Shown piece after piece: positions 25,607 through 38,016 of a stretch of 64,000 bases of DNA. How positions within the stretch are numbered: position 1 is the first letter of the stretch; each line of letters starts with the position of its first letter. The DNA is from Magallana gigas (Eukaryota). The stretch is taken from NCBI RefSeq assembly GCF_963853765.1, contig NC_088859.1, forward strand, positions 45,694,001 to 45,758,000. The letters are read 5' to 3'. The position numbers and the translations under genes are program-made. The notes beneath the pieces were generated by a model. It searched no databases. It had not been told where the DNA came from and saw only the letters and a program-made list of their open reading frames with translations.

Positions 25607-28600
25607 CTATCTTATTGAGGTCATGGAGAACACACTCTTTTTGTCTTTAGTGACGGCCGTTTTCTGGGCAGCCTTCTTTTGTTCGTCAAGTGTGAAACAT
25701 TTCCAGATTCGGAGCGTCTCGTCTGCTCCTGCCGATACTACAGTCTGACAGTCAGGGGACATCGCCATGTGTAACACTCGCGCAGTGTGACCTAGAAAAC
25801 AATATCATACATAATTAATATTTAGATTCTCATCCCCGCCTGCCCCTTTGAAAATAGCCCGCCCAATGCATTTTTTTTTTTTAAATAATGGAAAAAAAAA
25901 TTCGGGAAAAAAAGTAGGGCTTGGTAAACAAAAAATTCAAAACATTTTAATGGCTGCCTAAACATGTGACTACCGTGTCATTCCAGTCATGTTTGTTATC
26001 ATGATGATAAGGATACAAATATCTTCATGCATTAATAGTTCAGTCGAAATAAAATGGAATTAAAAGATTACAACTGGGTTTGTGTACTCATACAATGTAT
26101 TAGCATTAACAACTTTAAAGAATAGAGAAGTTGTTATTTCTAGAACTTGAACAGTGAAAAAGATGTTTTTTAAAAAATGAAAAAATAATAAAATCCGCTC
26201 ACCCGCCCCATATTTTTTGCAAATTAGGATGAGAATCTAAATATTCATTTTATATGGCCTTGATGGGAATGGTACATGTAACTGCTACAAATAGTATTTG
26301 TAGCAGTTACATTTAGTATTTAATACTATAACTTTTTATTTGAAAATACTTGAAATGTATGTCTTTGACAGGGCATTCTAATTTCTATGCACATAATTTG
26401 ACATTGTCAGTCTTAAAATTCACAGATTACATTGAATTTGTAAGTTGTTAATCAGCAAGTTACCTGATAACTCGGACACCTTTGTCATCGTGGGGTACTT
26501 CCAGATGGTCAGCTGATTCAGAGCAAACCCATGACTAGAGATCAGTTCTTTGTAATGCTTACACCACAACAGAGCACACACCTGGAAAATTCACAACATG
26601 ATGCACATAATTCAACCAGTTAATTTTTTGGAGTACATGTACTGTATTAACAACCACAAGAAGTGATGGCCAAGTATCAAAACACAGAATGCCCCCCCCC
26701 CCCCCCCCCCCAAATAATGCATTGGATTCTAGGCCCAAAAAAGTTCAAAATAATGAAGCAGACAGGTTATTTATGCTTTTATTGCAAGATTTGCAAAGGG
26801 GAATAGATCAATTTTCATATTTAAGTTTAAAATTAAAAATTGAGTTATTCCCCATTTTGATATGGCAATAAAATTTATCAATGCTGCAGCATTTGACCTG
26901 ATGTGGCTGTGCCCGAGAACCAATGCATTCATTTTTTGTGGCCTAATGAAAATTAACCTGTATGAATAAATAAAATACCGTATATCCACTTACCTGTGAC
27001 TTGGTGTCTACACTGTCCACACACTGTCCCGTGCTACAGTTCCAGAACCGGATGTGTCGGTCTGCTGTCCCTCCCCCACTGGCCAGGAGGTGGGGCTGCC
27101 AGGGACACCAAGCCAATGCCTACAAATCAAATCCAACAGGGATGTTATTTTTGTCTCCAACAAAATGAATTGCATTATCCATAGTTTGATTTAACATTAA
27201 TACATATTAATATTGTTAATAAGAAATATCAAATTACTTTAAAAGCTCTAAAATCTCTGTAGAAAGATATTCTTTAAATATAGCTGTACATTCTTTCCTC
27301 CAGTGGTATCGTTCAGAAATAAATGCAACAATTATCATTCATCTAATAATTTGAAAACACAAATAATTGATGCCATCAAAGAGAAGAAAAAAATTACTTT
27401 GACTGCAGCTTGGTGTTGGGAGAATGTATGCAGTGGTGTAGTGTTGGTGAGGGGGCTGCCCGGCTGGGCGTTCCAGATGTTTAGGAGATTGTCGTTGCCT
27501 CCACTGGCCAGGAACTTCCCGTCCGGTGACCACTTCAATCCACACACTTCCTGGGTGTGACCAAGAAGTGTCCCTACTTGGTGCTCAGCCACACGCACAT
27601 CATGATGGTGAATGGCTCCGCTACGAGAACCACTGAGAAGAAAACAAGACATTTTAGAAACTTTAATAATTGCATCATCAGTGGTTGAATTGATAAAATG
27701 TAAGCCATAGTAAATAGTTTATTACTAATAAATATTGTACATTTTCTTCTCTTTTAAGATCTGTTTGAAAGAAACTTACCTGCTCAATATGTATGAATTC
27801 CAAGACAAAGCCCCAACTCTGTTGGCATGACCTGTCATATTGCGTAATCGCTTCTTGGCAGCCACATCCCACAACTGTTAAAATTCAAAATTCCAAGGTT
27901 AAACAAAAACCCTCTCATAAATTGAAAATAGAAGTTCAAATTTTGTACACAAGATTCATGATTAGACATCCAGTATGTGTTTTCTGGGTTTTTTTTGCCA
28001 ATGCGTTAGGGAAAGAGAGGACACTGAGCCATACTTAATTTATTTTTTTGTTATCTTAACTGTTTATTATATTTTTCTATGACCCCCCCTATGAACTTAC
28101 CTGAACTTCCCCATTGCTGGTTCCCAGCGCCAGATAGTTGCCCTCCTTGATCCAGGACACCGCCCCGATATACTGGTCAGAACTCTCCATCTGTAGCAGC
28201 TGGTCAATCTCCCCGGTGGCGGCGTTCCACAGGTAAACACTCCCACCCAGGCACACCGCCAGGAGATTGTTACATGACCAGTCAAGCAGGTTCAGGTCTG
28301 AAAATGGATTCAATTTTCAATCCTTTTAATAAGCCTTACATGTTTTTGCAAAGAATGCAAGAGTCATCATACAGATAAGTAAATCTTAAGACATGCATTA
28401 GGTGGAGGTGTTTACATTAAAATATCAGTCTCTTTGAATGTAATCTAAAATGAAATTATCAATAGAGGATTCACTTACAATAATCATCAAGGATGTCTGG
28501 AGCATCAAGGATACGCTCTGGAACTTGGGGTATGTGACGAATTGTCTTCTTCACTGAACTAGCAGGTGTTTTGCATGAACTGTACAGAACTCGTAGATTG

Positions 28601-29515
28601 TTCTGATATCCTAAAACATAATAAATGTACAAATTAGAAACAGTCAAGCCATTTTCTACACAAATTAAGTAGTTTTATAAATTTTTTCATTATCTTTATC
28701 TACCTGGCTCTCTAATGCTTGATTATGCTATTGGCAATCATTATGAATTCTTTATTCATTGAAAACATTCTAAAATTGTTGAAGATATCTGTGACCATAA
28801 TACTAAGTAATTCAGAAGTACCTTCTGGTGCACTAGGTGCCTTGGTCTTGTATGAAATAATTTTGTTGCTAGAAATGTCTGTTCCATTCAAGTTCTCACT
28901 CATTACTCTCTGGTACTCTTTCTGTGAAGGACTTAACAAATTGTCTGCTTCCCCACTATTAGCACTGTCTGTGGTGATTTTAAAATGTCCTAGATCAAAC
29001 TGTGTAGCACTACGATTTGGAATGAATCTGTCTCCACCACTTGGTGTTTTTGGAGCTTTTGATCCTCCCGGTGTCCTTGCTTGATCTTAAAAATCAAATC
29101 GAAACAAACATGAATAGGACAATTTCTTATCATATCCTTGTTAAAACAAAGAAGTCTTGTAAGGTAAGAAATTGTGTTATGTTGCTAAAATGATAAATAA
29201 AATATGCATGAAATAGAAAGATATGTAACAGAGAAAAATTATTAGTTTATAATATCTTGAATGATCATTATTAATTAAATTATAAGCATTACTTGAAGAT
29301 TTGGGTGTTTTAGCATTTGATGGCGTCTTTGGATTGTTGACTGATCTGTTAAGATTCTTCATCGGTGTTTTCGCCGTTGTACTGATGTTGAGAGAGCTGT
29401 TGACCGACTGGTTACACTCGGCCTTCCTCTCAAAACGCATGCCTGGTCCTTTGGTAATGGGTCCATCCATCCTCAACACACTGTTCAGCTCATTCTCAAA
29501 ATTAAAATGGGACAT
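25607..29515 (-). CDS. CDC20: Cell division cycle protein 20 (fizzy), APC/C activator
   Basis: Exons 29293-29515, 28822-29085, 28479-28610, 28101-28297, 27780-27874, 27398-27632, 26994-27119, 26464-26581, 25607-25791. C-box [33 protein letters not shown]40 repeats ([29 protein letters not shown]), C-terminal IR tail (SIR*). A probable 5'UTR intron lies between ~29537 and ~29969. Confidence 0.97.
25817..26245. mobile_element. MITE-like element in the last CDC20 intron
   Basis: Perfect 19-bp inverted repeat AATATTTAGATTCTCATCC / GGATGAGAATCTAAATATT. Confidence 0.65.
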
Positions 29516-30069
29516 ATTGTTGTCACACTTTGTACCTGTTTGTCCCTCTCCTCAGACTATATATTATCTTATGAAGCACAAGTTATGTTTTAGCTTTCAT
29601 GCCCACATATTTGTCCTACAAAACACCAAAAAATGATTGTTAAACACAGTTTAAACTCATTCATTCACTAAGAGTATTATTATTATTCAATATTAACCAG
29701 TTTCTATATAAAATGATATAATATTAATATAGTGACGGCAGAGACATATATATGTTATATATGTCTCCGGTGACGGTCACCTGTTTGCTTCATATTACTT
29801 TCAACCAAAATATAGGCCTACAAATTCTATAAACAAAATGCTGCAAACGTAGCAAAGACAATGCTGATAAAAATAAAAATATGGGACAAACACGAACATC
29901 TGACACATAAATAACAAGTTATGTCTATATTGAAGACAGTAAATCATATGAATAAACGTTTAAACTTACGTATAGTTGATCGTGTATTCAATTGTTTTAC
30001 AAACAATTCGTATGAAATGTCAATATACACACATGCGACAAGTCCTGACAAGATTTGATTGCTTGACAA

Positions 30070-30175
30070 TTCAAGTTTGCCGCCGGCTGATTGGTTAATG
30101 CTGAAAAAAATGAACACTTTTCATTGGCTAATTGTTCCCATAACAAACATTATGTGTTATGGTAGTTCCGATTGG
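30070..30175 (-). promoter_or_regulatory. CDC20 G2/M-type promoter: CDE/CHR-like tandem plus three CCAAT boxes
   Basis: Minus strand reads GGCGG-CAAA-CTTGAA (30084-30070): CDE-like, 4-nt spacer, CHR variant. CCAAT boxes (ATTGG on plus) at 30090, 30123 and 30171; the first two are 33 bp apart. No TATA box evident. Confidence 0.65.
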
Positions 30176-30952
30176 TTCCCTTTTTACCGGAAATGCAAGG
30201 ACAAGTCGTTCTAAAAATATTCCATTTGTGGGTTGGGGGGGGGGGGGGGGGATGGTCGACTTGAATACAAGTAGTTATATTCGTTATATGTGTCCATGCA
30301 AACTAAAATAACTTTCTTACCAAATATTACAAGTGTTTAAAAATAATGATCTGTGCCAGCTTTAATCTGCATATCAAACTGACGCGTGTTACTGTTAGTA
30401 TTAATTTGCATTATTTATTGCCAAATTATTTTTCTTCATATGATAAACTTCTTCAATTACTGATTATTTAAAATCCTCGAAATCAAGAGGGTGTAGCTAA
30501 AACGCGGAACAGAAATCGGAATGCGAAGCGATACAGTACGTACGTAGTTGTATGGAAAATATAATATATATATTTGTTATCACTTGTTAATTACTTAAAA
30601 AGGGTAAAAATTGGATAAAAGACGACAGTCTTTATTTAAACTGTTCTTAATAATAAATCGTTAGAAATACGAATTGTTTATAAAAAAAAATTCTAAAGAA
30701 TTTTCATCAACTTTGGCATTGCTATTGCATGGGTGTGTAAGCGCGAAACGAAACAAAAAAATAATGAAGAGTGCTTTTTCAAATTAAATACTTGTGTTCC
30801 TATTTCAAATAGCATTGCAACCGCTTTACTGCTAAAATTAAACCATATTGTGGCCTCTTTTCGCCCCTAATGTTTTATAACATCGACATTTGAACAAATG
30901 AACAAAATCTTCACTCTGGCTAATAATTTGATAAAATAAAAAAAGTACATTT

Positions 30953-31262
30953 CAGGCACGTAGCATCGTTTTTGAAAGTGGGGGAGGGGGGGGGGGGGGC
31001 AGATTCAATCAAAAAATCTTGACAAGCCCCCCCCCCCCCCAAAAAAAAGGATATTTGGAATTTCCCAAAATCCCAAAATCTTCAAAATTCTATTCCGTGG
31101 GGGGGGGGGGGGGGTGACGTAGTATGTAACTTCAATTTCACTTTTAATTTTCTTATTTTCATATCATTTTTTTTTTTTACAAACTCCATGATAACTCAAT
31201 CTTTTATATGTAAATTTTAAAAAATTGTCCCCCCCCCCCCCCCCCCCGATGCTACATGCCTG
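30953..31262. mobile_element. Non-autonomous TIR element (CAGGCACGTAGCATC termini), G/C-run rich
   Basis: Termini CAGGCACGTAGCATC / GATGCTACATGCCTG; flanks CATTT / CATCT (4/5). Confidence 0.75.
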
Positions 31263-32014
31263 CATCTTTGCTGGCCAAGGGTCCGATGGGTTTATTCTCA
31301 TCTCCCTTAAACACATGCTCGACACCTTTCAATTACAATAGATCTTGTCTTTAAAACTAGACTATTGTATTTATGCATATAGTGAATGAATAAATAATCA
31401 CCCTCTACCCCTAACGGTGGACCCCATTTGACCCCCTCGAGTGTATGGATTTAACAAAATAAAGTCTCCATTTACGTCAGAATAACACTACTTGCAACTT
31501 TAATGCGAGACTACCGTTACTCAAGAGTCAGACTGGTAGCTCTGCGGTACTGTCAGGAAAATTTTGTATTCTATAAATAGAAAATTAGAAAAGGGTCTAT
31601 TGCAAATAAAAGAAAAATTGACCTATAGGGGATTTCCAGGAAAAAAAATTCACTTTTGAAAATCAAAGTTTTTTGTTGTTTTTTTTTTCTATCGTACGTA
31701 TTTCTAAATTTTTTGAATTTGCATTTTGAACCTATCATATTGCTCATGCAATTTTAATATTAATCTTCAAAGTTGGCTAAAACAGCATTTTCTCAGTAAA
31801 ATGGTATATTTCTGCATGACGTTAGGCCTAGATATCCTTCAGGATCAGCCTGCCCCTAAAAAAATCTTAGATGTTTTGATAGGTTTTGTTCAAAGGAATG
31901 AATTAAGATAGAATATGGGGCAACCCGGCCCTGGGGTCGAATTTACAAATAAAACAGACAAAAATTTTGGAAACTGATTTCTATAATAGTGGTTACATCG
32001 AAAAGTATATATAA

Positions 32015-32095
32015 GTCCTGGAGAGCTCAGTAGGTTAGAATCACACATGATGTTTTTAGTGACCTGTTCGATTCAATCTGTGCGCATACTTTTTT
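32015..32095 (+). pseudogene. Degenerate tRNA-like / SINE-head sequence
   Basis: A-box-like GAGCTCAGTAGGTTAGAA, B-box-like CTGTTCGATTC, then a T-run; no intact cloverleaf. Confidence 0.4.
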
Positions 32096-33292
32096 CTTTC
32101 TTTTCTAAATTACACGTAATGAAATTTATAAACACCGATTTATATTTATGCAGAATTGTGCATTTTGTATATTAAACTTCGATCTTCTTCCTTAAATGCA
32201 CATCTGCTAGTTGAATAAAAGATAACGATGGAAAAAGTATATACTTCACAAAATGTAAAAGCAATCAACCGGAACTATACCCTAGAGTGAGCACGCTTTG
32301 TTTGAGGATAATTCATTCTGTGTTACTAGAGACAGGTGCCACGTAAAAAAAAACCCGAACAAAAACTGTTTCGTTTGCCTTTCCAGAACTGCTATAGGAA
32401 ATGGTACAATTGTGGGAGAAGTACTGCAAAGTAGATGCATGCAGTTCATTCTTTGTAAAGAGCATGTGCATTGGTGAAAATTTAAGCCATAAATGCAGGA
32501 AGAAGGTTTATAGATTGGAAAAAAGTGGGGGTGGGTCAGTTCGAGTTTTCCGCCTCCTTGCTATTCCGGCACCAGGTACGTCTCCATATACAAATGATGC
32601 AGCTGTTAATACGAAAAAGAGTTCGAACGCCTCGTAAAAATTCTTCAACATCTACAAACATCATGCACTCTTCCTGTATTTCTTTTTGGAAAACTAAGGC
32701 GACGTCCATTATTTGTCGCAAAGAGTCAAAGGGTTTGCGACCTTTGAAGTCGCGTCACGCGAGACTTTCGATAGTTGTTAATATGTCCTTGGTTGTAAAT
32801 AAACGCATATGGAGAACATGTATCATATTATAGAATGCAAGCTGAAAACACAATTTAAAAAAGTTCATAACCCATACTGCTCGGACAACGATTGTGAAAC
32901 TTTTTTTTCAATCACTATACATTATGAGATCTAAAAGCTAAGAGTTTATTACGTATGGCCTAAAATTAAGAAGTGGAACGGAAACCGATATGCTTTTTGT
33001 AAAGACAGAAACCTACACCGACCCTATTGGTCAAGCCTTTTCTTAGATACAAGTGTTCATTGAATTATTCCCCGTTTCCAAAAGAAATACGCTGACAGTG
33101 AACACATCGAAAAGAGTATTTATAGAACAATATTTCCTATTTTCACAATTTCCCAAACATTTTCCCCTAGAAGGGTGTCTGTTGAAACACGAAAGCCCTC
33201 CGCCTAAATATACGTTGTCCTGAGTTAAGTCAAAATGGCTAAGTTGATTTGGCGAAGTTAGTTAACACCACGCACTACGACTACAGACAAGG

Positions 33293-33324
<32 letters not shown>

Positions 33325-34928
33325 AGTACGCGTTTCCCTCTTAACATGGTATAGTGGTGTTACTATTAAATGCGACGTAACAAATAAAATCCTTATCCAA
33401 AGAAATCATCACGATATCCTTCTTTCCAAGGCAAACTTTCCGCTATTGACAATGTATTAAAAAACAAATAAAAACAGTAAGTTTATATCTACTTCATATC
33501 GCAGCTTCAATTACTAATCCCCGTGTGGGAGCGTAAACAAGTATATTTTCATAATTAGAGTCACAGTAACATTTTACCTTTTTTCGCAACTCTTCTGCCA
33601 GTAGTGGTTAACATTTATTGCATGATTTCAAGAAATAAATTCAGTAATGCGAATAGTTGAATACATGTTCAGTTCCACTACAGAATGAATTGGCATTGTG
33701 AATCTTCGAAAGATAAGCTGACCAATTGTGAATGGACTTGTTTCTGAACAGAAATTCCTAACCAACTTTAACCCCTATGCTCTTAAAGTCGTTTACTTAA
33801 TGCGTCATAGTTTTTCTTAACGTCTATCATTTACTTATTTTAAGAGATGTATATTATTTCCTGCAAGTATCAAAGAGGTCAATTCTTCCTGAATGAATAA
33901 TAATATTTCATAGAACAAACCAACCTAGCAAGCCACGTTTTACTTAAATCTATTCATCATTATAACACAGTTACATAAAACATTTATGATGCCCAAAAAT
34001 ATGAAGTGACAGATGTAAGGCACGCATTTATAATGTTTTACGTATAATATGTATTTCTAACGAGACCTGTAAGGACTGCGAACGATAGCATTGTATGGCC
34101 GCCTAACTAAAAGTCATTTTTTGAAAGTTGTCTAATTAAAGTTAATTTTTTATAATAATGTAAAGATTTGTGTATATTTTCATTAAATATAAATGATTTG
34201 GTCAAACAAAGAGAGATAACTTTGTATTTTGGGTTATTTACTGTTAAAATAGCTCATTTCGTAATAGAAAATAACGGAAAACGGAAATGTTTTTTAAAAC
34301 ATCCCCCCCCCCCCCCGTGAAACAAAAATTCCTTTTGAGGGGTTTTAATTATTGTTATTAAGCATATTTTTACCAAAGGGTTTGTTGTTTCACGGGGGGG
34401 GGGGGGGGGGGGGGACATATGTCTACAGACCGAAATACATTCCAAAAAAAGAATTTTGCTTCGTAAATTTTCGAAAACTAATCAACAAATATGAATTAAA
34501 ATGAAATTTTACTTTAATATATATCGTAAATATGTTATTATTAAGTTTATATGCACAAATTGGCCGCTAAATAAAATTTTCCTCACTCATAGAGACCGAT
34601 TTTAATGATCGAAAATTTTTAGACCCTGCGTTAGCAAAACTTTTGTTTAAAAATAAATAATTTGATTACACATTTTATTTTGATATAAATTGGTTAGGAT
34701 TTGATTATACTTTTTGGTAGAAAAACTTAGTTTCTGAATATCTGACAGAAATTCCGAAATATTTGGATGTAAAATGTAGGCGGGAAACGGGCGTTAGCGT
34801 TCGCAGTTCTTCACAAACGGAATGCAACACGCCAATCAATGTAACAAAAATAAAGTAACAAACATGAAAACGACTAAGTTGATATGAATTTTATTGTTTG
34901 TTTTATTCTATTATACACAAATTTGAAA

Positions 34929-36158
34929 TTAATTTCGACATACAGCTTGATATTGTTTACAATATTCAATCCAAGTCCGCATCATTGTTTCTGGGGACGA
35001 CATTCTATGAAATGCTATCGTTTTCCGAAAACTTAGTTTGGGAACAAAGAAGGACACCCAAGTGGGATGAAACATTGCAAACCCGTACTGGTTCTTTACT
35101 GGGATTCTTAGCTTCTTTGCGACGATTCCTAGATAAGTGTCGTCAATCGGTATAGGTTGAATATAGGGAATGGCCAAAGAAAATCTCTTCACAACATCAG
35201 CAGTCATTAGATATGCAAAACCTGCCAGATAGTTGGGGTAATTGACAAAGGGGTAATCCTCCCACGTCACGAACCATTTGGACGTCTTGTCTCTAAACGG
35301 TGTGGAGAAAAAGAAAACCTTCCCAAGCATCAATCCAGATTCTCTGAGCGTTGATTTCCTTAATTTTTTAAGATTGTTTAAAATCAAGAACACGTCATCG
35401 TCTACGTAAAAGCTAAACTTGGCTTTGGGACAGTACTGAGCAACCCAGTTTATGCCCATAATCGTTTTAAAGGTGATGTTGGAATAATGGTCCCAAAAAT
35501 CTTCTTGTACTATGTCCCCATGCTCCAAAGCTTCAATGTCTACTTGTTTCTGAACACCGTGGTTGTAACCTAGAAGGAACACTCTCCGAACTCCTTCATA
35601 GTTGTCCACATTACCCCAAGTGTTCCTGATGGTCTGTCGGTTCCTGAAATTTCCTGCACTAGATTTGATGACCAGAAGAAGGTATATGGAGGAGTCGTCA
35701 CAGACGTTCTCTCCGGTATGGATATAACTGAAGTCGTGGGAATTGATGGGTTCGTTTATTATCTTTCTTCCCTCAAGTCGCACTTTTATGAGCTCATCGA
35801 AATTCAATTCCAAAGGATAAAGAGAAACCATAAACTTCAGTTTTTTCTTCCGTACATCTGTAATGTTTAAAGGGGGTTTGCACTTAAATAAAACACCGTC
35901 TTCCTTCACCTCTTCTACGCCTGAAAATCTTATGATGTGAGTAGCATTCAGAAAAATTGGACATCCTCTTCTTGGACGACCTCTCAAAGACAAGTCTGTA
36001 TGAACATTTTGCAGAGGTCGATGGTTGCTGAAGAGAGCAGAAATTTTCACAATCAGTGGATGTTGAACTTGAAAGACAAGCCAGAAAAGCAATGGAATTA
36101 AGACCAATAAGATTGAATTGCTTTTTCTGAAAGTTTGCCGGACGCTGCATAGCCTCAT
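34929..36158 (-). CDS. GT31 beta-1,3-galactosyltransferase-like type II membrane glycosyltransferase, copy 1 (409 aa)
   Basis: Intact single-exon ORF with an N-terminal TM segment (ILLVLIPLLFWLVF), LLLVIKSSAGNFRNRQTIRNTWG, DIVQEDFWDHYSNITFKT, DxD motif YVDDDVF, YPNYLAGFAYLMT and IPIDDTYLG. These are Galactosyl_T family motifs. Confidence 0.93.
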   Translation of the reverse strand: MRLCSVRQTFRKSNSILLVLIPLLFWLVFQVQHPLIVKISALFSNHRPLQNVHTDLSLRGRPRRGCPIFLNATHIIRFSGVEEVKEDGVLFKCKPPLNITDVRKKKLKFMVSLYPLELNFDELIKVRLEGRKIINEPINSHDFSYIHTGENVCDDSSIYLLLVIKSSAGNFRNRQTIRNTWGNVDNYEGVRRVFLLGYNHGVQKQVDIEALEHGDIVQEDFWDHYSNITFKTIMGINWVAQYCPKAKFSFYVDDDVFLILNNLKKLRKSTLRESGLMLGKVFFFSTPFRDKTSKWFVTWEDYPFVNYPNYLAGFAYLMTADVVKRFSLAIPYIQPIPIDDTYLGIVAKKLRIPVKNQYGFAMFHPTWVSFFVPKLSFRKTIAFHRMSSPETMMRTWIEYCKQYQAVCRN

Positions 36159-36411
36159 ATTTCACAAGCAGCAATCTAACTGGTTCTGAAAAAATGATGT
36201 TAAGAAATAATATTTACGTTCAAGGCTATCGTTTATTTTTGCTGAGTTTTTTCTTCTGTGTTCTGGGAAAACCAATTAACACAAATTTTTATTGATATTT
36301 TCGCTACTTTATTATAAGTATAGCCACATATGTGGTTTAGAATCGATCAGCATAGGTCTACCAGAGGCAGTTATGCACAGCTTGAGTATCCTCTAGCTCG
36401 TATTCCATTTC

Positions 36412-36495
36412 TGAAGATGGGTTCGATTACTATTTTCCACCTCAAGTCGCACTTGTAAAGGTTCTTCAATATTTAATTCACTAGGCCATACTTAT
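36412..36495 (-). pseudogene. Relic fragment of a GT31 paralog upstream of copy 1
   Basis: CCTCAAGTCGCACTT is shared with the CDS. Translates VWPSELNIEEPLQVRLE then (frameshift) KIVIEPI, versus LYPLELNFDELIKVRLEGRKIINEPI. Confidence 0.55.
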
Positions 36496-36509
36496 CAACT
36501 ATCAGTCTA

Positions 36510-38016
36510 TTAATTGCTATCAATAAATTATTCATCACTCGATCTCATGGTTGCTGTCAATGAATCAATCATCACTCGACCTCATGATTGCCGTCCATGA
36601 ATCAATCATCACATGACCTCATGATTACTGTCAATGAATCAATCATCACTTGACCTTAGATTACTTTGACTGGATCAATCATCACTTTGCCTAATGATTG
36701 CCATCTATGAATCAATCATCACTTGACCTTATAATTGCTATTTATGCATCAATCATCACTCGACCTCATGATTGCTATCTATGTATCAATCATCACTCGA
36801 CCTCATGATTGCTATCTATGAATCAATCATCACTCGACCTCATGATTGCTATCTGTGTATCAATCACCACTCGACCTCATGATTGCTATCTATGATTCAA
36901 TCATCACTCGACCTAATGGTAACTGTCAATGAATCAATCATCACACAGTCTCATGATTGCTGTTATGAACCAATCATCAAACGACCTTAGATTACTTTCA
37001 CTGAATCAATCATCACTTTGCCTCATGATTGGTATCTATGAATATATCATCACTCGACCTCATGATTTCTATCTATGAATCAATCATCAGTCGACCTCAC
37101 GGGTACTGTCATTGAATAAATCATCATTCGATCTCATGATTGCTGTCTATGAATCAGTCATCACTTTGCTTCATGATTACTGTCAATGAATCAATCAACA
37201 CTTGACCTCATTATTACTATCAATGAATTAATAATCAATTTGCCTCATGATAACTGTCAATGAATAAATCATCACTCGACCTCATGATTGCTATCTATGA
37301 ATCAGTAATCACTTTGCCTCATGATTGCTGTCAATGAATCAATCATTACTTGAACCCACGATTACTGTTCATGAATCAATCATCACTTGACATCATGATT
37401 ACTGTCAATGAATCAGTCATCAATCGACCTTTAATTTCTTTCACTGAATCAATCATCATTTTGCCTCATGATTACTGTCAAATGAATCAATCATCACTTG
37501 GCCTCATGATTACTGTCAATGAATTAATCATCACTTGATCTCATGATTCCTGGCTTTGAATCAATCATCACTCGACTTTAATATTGCTGTCTATGAATCA
37601 ATCATCACTTTGCCCCATGATTGCTATCTATATGAATCAATCATCATTTTGCCTCATGACTGCTTTCAATTAAATTAATCATCACTTTGCCTCATGATTA
37701 CCGATAATGAATTAATCATCACTCGACCCCATGATTACTGTCTATGAATCAATCATCACTCGACCTCATGATTACTGTCTATGAATCAATCATCACTCGA
37801 CCTCACGATTGCCGTCTATGAATCAATCATCATTTTGCCTCATGATTACTGTCTATGAATCAAGCATCATTTTGCCTCATGATTGCTGGCTATGAATCAA
37901 TCATCACTCGACCTTAATATTGCTATCTATGAATCAATCATAACTTTGCCTCATGATTACTGTCAATTAATCAATCATCACTCGACCTTAAGATTGCTTT
38001 TAGTTAATCAATCATT
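36510..38016. repeat. 37-bp minisatellite array, ~40 copies
   Basis: Unit approx ATGAATCAATCATCACTCGACCTCATGATTGCTATCT (e.g. starts at 36781 and 36818). Inverted copies at ~38060-38170 and degenerate copies at ~38430-38530. Confidence 0.95.

Noticed and set aside
28719-29636. Plus-strand ORFs of 111-121 aa
   Set aside because: Antisense shadows of CDC20 exons. The same applies to similar ORFs over ADAMTS, GT31 and IL-17 exons.
32015-32095. Functional tRNA gene
   Set aside because: A/B-box remnants only; no consistent acceptor or anticodon stems. Same for 42349-42447.
32755-32757. Selenocysteine codon
   Set aside because: No selenoprotein motif around the TGA and no SECIS recognised by eye.
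37350-37538. Repetitive ORF MNQSSLDIMITV...
   Set aside because: Chance open frame in the 37-bp satellite; the period is not a multiple of 3.
36510-38016. CRISPR-like array (37-bp period)
   Set aside because: Units are contiguous with no unique spacers, there are no cas genes, and the context is eukaryotic. It is a minisatellite.
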